The translations under genes and the position numbers were made by a program. From Basidiobolus meristosporus CBS 931.73 (lineage: Eukaryota > Fungi > Basidiobolomycota), in NCBI GenBank assembly GCA_002104905.1, contig MCFE01000262.1:44602-108601 (forward strand): a DNA stretch of 64,000 nt, written 5' to 3'. How positions within the stretch are numbered: the first letter of the stretch is position 1; each line of letters begins with the position of its first letter. Shown piece after piece: positions 59,589-64,000 of the stretch. The notes under the pieces were generated by a model that was not told the DNA's origin, searched no databases, and saw only the letters and a list, made by a program, of their open reading frames with translations.

Positions 59589-61383
59589 TGTTGTAAGAGT
59601 TATTAAGATATTGTAAGTGACTAAGTTAGGTGAATATTTTGGTGGAACTACAAACTTTTACAACACTGCCACTCACCTAAATATTCATACTGACTAGTCC
59701 TAATTTTGACCTAAGATATTCAACTGTCTACTAATGTTGTAATAGACTGTCCATCATCAGCTGATCATATGCATATGCCATAGCATGCAGATGTGCTGAT
59801 CATGCACAGATGCTAATGTGCATACAGTCAATTGCATCAAATGATATGCATATGACTAATATCATATACAATATACAGCACTTCTGCACTATGATCAATG
59901 CACAATGACAAGTCTAATATCTGCATCATCTAAAGGACAGTAAACTAAGCTAACTAAGTTATTCTCTATAGCTTCATGTATGAAATGATGTCTAATATCT
60001 ATGTGCTTGGTTCTAGCATGAAAAGTTGGTTTCCACCTAATTCTATACATCCTTGATTATCTTGAAATATAGTAATAGGCATTCTTTGACACTAGGTCTA
60101 AATCTGTAAAAAGCTTTCTTAACCACATTGCTTCTATTGTAGCTTCACAGGACTGCCATATACTCTGCCTCTGTGGTAGAAAGTGCTACGGTTGGTTGCT
60201 TTCTTGAATTCCATGAAATTGCTCCTTTACAGTAAAGAAAGGTGTATCCTGTGGTGGATCATCTGTCTTCCAAATTTCATCCCCAATCAGCATCAGAGTA
60301 TCCCACAAGATCCTGTTCTGAATCCTTATAAGTGTATCTTAAGCAGATATCAACAGTGCCTTTTAGGTATCTAAAAATCCACTCAACTGCTGTAATGTGA
60401 TCAGATCCATAGTTTGGATTATGTTGGCTGACAACTTCCACTGAATATGAGATATCTGGACGTGTTCCAAGCATGATATATATCAGACTGCCAACCATAG
60501 ATCAATAAGGAAAATCAGGGCTTTTCGGATGGCACCAAGCTCTCTTGATTTGGTTAAGTTTTGACCAAGTTAAGGTTTGTCTTCATTGGGGTAGCTGTCA
60601 GTTTACAGTCTTCCATTTGGTACTTCTTTGGTATATCTTCAATATACCTGGATTGGCTTAGGGTGATAGTCTGGGTACTTCTGTCTATGAGATAACTTAA
60701 TCCCCTAAGTAGTAACTGAGTTCTCCTAAGATTGGACATCTTGAACTCCTTAGATAGGCTAGATTTAGTCTCTTCCAATGTTGCTAGGTTATTGGTGGCT
60801 ATAATAAGATCATCCACATATAGAGCTAATAGAGCTGGATTTGCTCTATCTGGCTTATAGTATATACTATAGTCAGCTTTACTCCTGTTGAAACTCAGAG
60901 ATTCCAAATATGAATCTATATTGCAATTCCAGGCTCTTGGTGATTGTTTGAGACCATATAGTAACTTTTTAAGCTTGCACACCAAATGGGGGTTATCTTG
61001 GTCTGCAAACCCACCAGGCTGGTCCATATACATGTCCTCATCAAGTTCTCCATTCAAAATGCAGTTTTTACATCCATTTGATGAATAAAAAACTTGTATT
61101 TGGCTGCAATAGCCAATATTAATCTGATGGAATTAAACTTGGCTACCGGTGCAAAGGTTTCAGTGTAGTTAAGTCCTTTTGTTGGAGAGTATCCTTTGGC
61201 TACAAATCTTGCTTTGTATCTTTCAATTGAACCATCAGCCTTGTATTTTGTCTTGAGGATCCATCTGCATCCAATTGATTTTTGGTTGATTGGTAATTTG
61301 ACTAAGTCCCAGGTTTGATTTTCTATCAGGGCATTATATTTGTCAGTCATTGCAGATCTCCAAAACCTTGTCTGAGGGCTATT
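59589..61383 (-). mobile_element. Copia element F: collapsed 77-bp 3' LTR (59589-59665), PPT, RNase H/RT remnant
   Basis: Reverse-complement match to the RT/RH of D and E. Both LTR termini are present but about 270 bp of LTR interior is missing. Confidence 0.9.
59738..59910. mobile_element. 173-bp TpG/CpA-saturated insertion in element F (possible decayed solo LTR)
   Basis: Absent from sister copies (compare 61790-61840). Starts TGTAAT and ends ATGACA. No clean TSD. Confidence 0.5.
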
Positions 61384-62699
61384 TGTTGTAAGAGTCTTGG
61401 AGATATTGGATGTGATTGGGAGAACAAGTAGATCATGTGGTCTTCACTCAATGATTTATTGAATGTAAAAGTAGTATTTATACTTTTACCTGGTCTTGGC
61501 ATTACAAACATGTAGAATAGGTTAAAGAAGGTCCCAAAAACATGTGTGCAAAGTTTGGGGCTGTTTGGACAACTTTGAGAATTTTCATGTTCTGGGTACC
61601 TGGTATTTTGGTGAAAATATTCCAAGTAAATCCCAACAAGGAATTTGGTCAGTATTTGCTAGGATTTGAGGGTAATGATGTAAGTGACTAAGTTAGGTGA
61701 GTATTTAGGTGGAATTACAATTTTTACAACACTCCCACTCAGCTAAATGTTCATACTGACTAGTCCTAATTTTGACCTAAGAAATTCAAACTTGTCTCAA
61801 GCTAATGGTTTGGTATATATGTCTGCAATCATTTCATCTAAAGGACAGTAAACTAAGCTAACTAAGTTATTCTCTATAGCTTCACGTATGAAATGATGTC
61901 TAATATCTATGTGCTTGGTTCTGTTGTAAAAAATTTGTAATTCCACCTAAATACTCACCTAACTTAGTCACTTAGATCATTACCTTCAAATCCTAGAGAA
62001 TACTGACCAAATTCCTTGTTGGGATTTACTTAGAATATTTTCACCAAAATACCAGGTACCCAGAACATGAAAATTCTCAAAGTTGTCCAAACAGCCCCAA
62101 ACTTTGCACACATGTTCTTGGGACCTTCCTTAACCTATTCTACGTGTTTGTTATGCCAAGACTTGGTAAAAGTATAAATACTACTTTCACAATCAATAAA
62201 TCATTAAGTGAAAACCACATAATCTACTTGTTCTCCCAATCACTTCCAATATCTCCAAGACTCTTACAACAGGTTCTAGCATGAAAAGTTGGATTTCTAC
62301 CTAATGGTATGCATCCTTGATTATCTTAAAATAAAGTAATAGGTGTTTTTTGACATAGGCCTAAATCTGTAAAAGGTTTTCTTAACCACATTGCTTCTTT
62401 TGTGGCTTCACAGGCTGCCACGTACTATGCCTTTGTGGTAGAAAGTGCTACGGCTGGTTGCTTTCTTGAATTCCATGAAATTGCTCCTTTACAGTAAAGT
62501 AAGGTGTATCCTGTGGTGGATCTTCTGTCTTCCAAATTTTGTCCCCAATCAGCATCAGAGTATCCCACAAGATCCTGTTCTCAATCCTTATAAGTGTATC
62601 TTAAGCAGATATCAGAGGTTCCTTTTAGGTATCTAAAAATCTGCTTAACTGCTGCAATATGATTAGATCCAGAGTTCTGATTATGTTGGCTGACAACTT
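61384..62699 (-). mobile_element. Copia element G: 3' LTR 61384-61731, PPT, RNase H/RT end; inserted in F and cut off by the non-LTR element
   Basis: TGTTGTAAGAG at 61384, TTTTTACAACA ending 61731, then CTCCCACTC (PPT reverse complement). Confidence 0.9.
61922..62271 (+). mobile_element. Copia solo LTR (350 bp) with perfect 5-bp TSD GGTTC
   Basis: TGTTG...CAACA flanked by GGTTC at 61917-61921 and 62272-62276. The uninterrupted site GTGCTTGGTTCTAGC is seen at about 60003. Confidence 0.95.
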
Positions 62700-64000
62700 A
62701 GGGGGGAGACAGTCACCAACCGGTGAAATCTTTATTTCAGTTGAAACAAAGAAGCCAGCGCTACTGTTGTAGCTTTGATACAAGAGTGTGTAGCTGAGGG
62801 GAATTTGTAGGTAAGTTAATAAGAAGGGATGATAGTTCTTCAGTGCTCAAGACACTGTTCAGTGGGAAGGGGGGTAGCAAGAGAGGTAAGAATGACTTGT
62901 GAACAACATTAATGAGGGGAATGTGATAAGGATTGATATTCATCATAAAGGGAGTGTGCTGCTGCAGATATTGCTGCCAAAGGTCTGTCAAGTACTTCAG
63001 GTAGGCCAGCTTGGGTTTTTCTGACTGCAGAATATAGTGAGCAAACTTCTTGACTTCCAGATCTCCAAGTATAGTTCTCCAGCAGGAGTCAGGTGTAGTG
63101 TGGTGTGTTCTCTTCCAGGCCTTAATCAGTGGGTTGTTGCAGTTGTGAAGTCTGAGATATAATCTGGTTCTAAGGTAGAGAAGTCTGATCTTATAGGGCA
63201 TAAACCCAAAAGCACCAAGAATAGCATGTCTGTAGGGGCATTCAGGCAAATGAGGCACCAAGGAGGTAATGCACCATACTGCAAACTTGTCAAGCTTAGT
63301 GCAGTCTCTAGAAGTAAGAGAGAGAAGTGGTAAGCCAAATTCCAGGACAGGGAAGACAAACTGCTTGAGTAGAAGGAGGCAGCTGGGAGCTGAAGTTGTA
63401 GGAGGAGTAACAGCCAGTAGCTTGTGGAGTGCCTGTCTTGCCAGGATAATTCTCTTCTTCAGGTGTGCTCCAGAGTCTAGTCCAGTAGGAAGGAATGGAA
63501 AGCCAAGATATGTAGCAGAAACCTGAGCAGGTAGAGTGGAGTTCTCCAAGTTGATGGGAGAGCCCAAAGGTACTGTCTTTGCAATGGAAAGCTGGAGATT
63601 ATTCTTCTGCAGATACTGGTGGATGGTCTGGGAGTCTTGTTGCACATTGGAGGAGGATATTCTGATGTCATCAGCAAAGAGAGTAACCAGGCAGTCAGCT
63701 GAGAGTCTTGGGAAATCATTCAGGAAGATGGCAAACAGTATAGGACCAAGCACAGAGCCTTGAACCACTCCATTAGGAACTGAGAACACAGCTGATTGCT
63801 CACTTGGGTGCAGAATTCTTGCTTGTGGATCCAGAAACAGAGACCTGACAAGGAGGGTGAGAGAGGTACTGGAGAAGCATTGCAACTTGGACCAAAGCAG
63901 ATTTCTGTCAACTGAATCAAAGGCCTTAGTAATATCAAACAGAACAGAGGGATACTTGCACTGGAGAGAGTGATCTTGGCTAAGTATGACTGCATATTCC
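62700..64000 (-). mobile_element. Non-LTR (LINE-type) retrotransposon: RT ORF (stop at 62761) and short 3' UTR; continues beyond the window
   Basis: LFDITKAFDSVDR, GVVQGSVLGPILF, LFADDI, YLGFP. Frame is open to the window edge. AATAAA in the 3' UTR. Confidence 0.9.

Noticed and set aside
62272-62276. GGTTC after the LTR as a PBS
   Set aside because: It is the 5-bp target-site duplication of a solo LTR.

Overview
Eukaryotic genomic DNA from a fungus. The short spliceosomal introns, CTAAC branch points and gene content suggest an early-diverging lineage, possibly Basidiobolus-like (inference only). The window has three parts. (1) About 1-14.8 kb is an AT-rich, almost CpG-free nest of decayed retrotransposons: a Ty3/Gypsy gag relic, five pieces or copies of one Ty1/Copia family with ~350-bp TGTTG...CAACA LTRs, and a 1.07-kb solo LTR. 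(2) About 14.85-59.3 kb is a compact, CpG-rich island of about 25 mostly housekeeping genes plus a pseudogene. In order: GATA factor, FAD synthase, PLP decarboxylase, ACADSB, Ecl1, mL41, GT34, C2H2-DUF3020, Med13, an orphan, RBM42, formin, Prx6, eEF2, TAF7, uL14m, Las1, 6PGL, eL20, eL41, Rab5, a small orphan, a calmodulin paralogue and Rtc3. (3) About 59.6-64 kb is a second CpG-free nest of the same Copia family plus a non-LTR RT. Several genes are absent from or unrecognisable in the ORF track: a 52-aa microprotein consisting almost entirely of a PP1-docking RVxF-phi-phi-R string (best novel candidate), eL41, Rab5 with a GC-AG intron, and an alpha-carbonic anhydrase pseudogene. Exon boundaries were called by eye and may be off by a few bases. 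No database searches were run.
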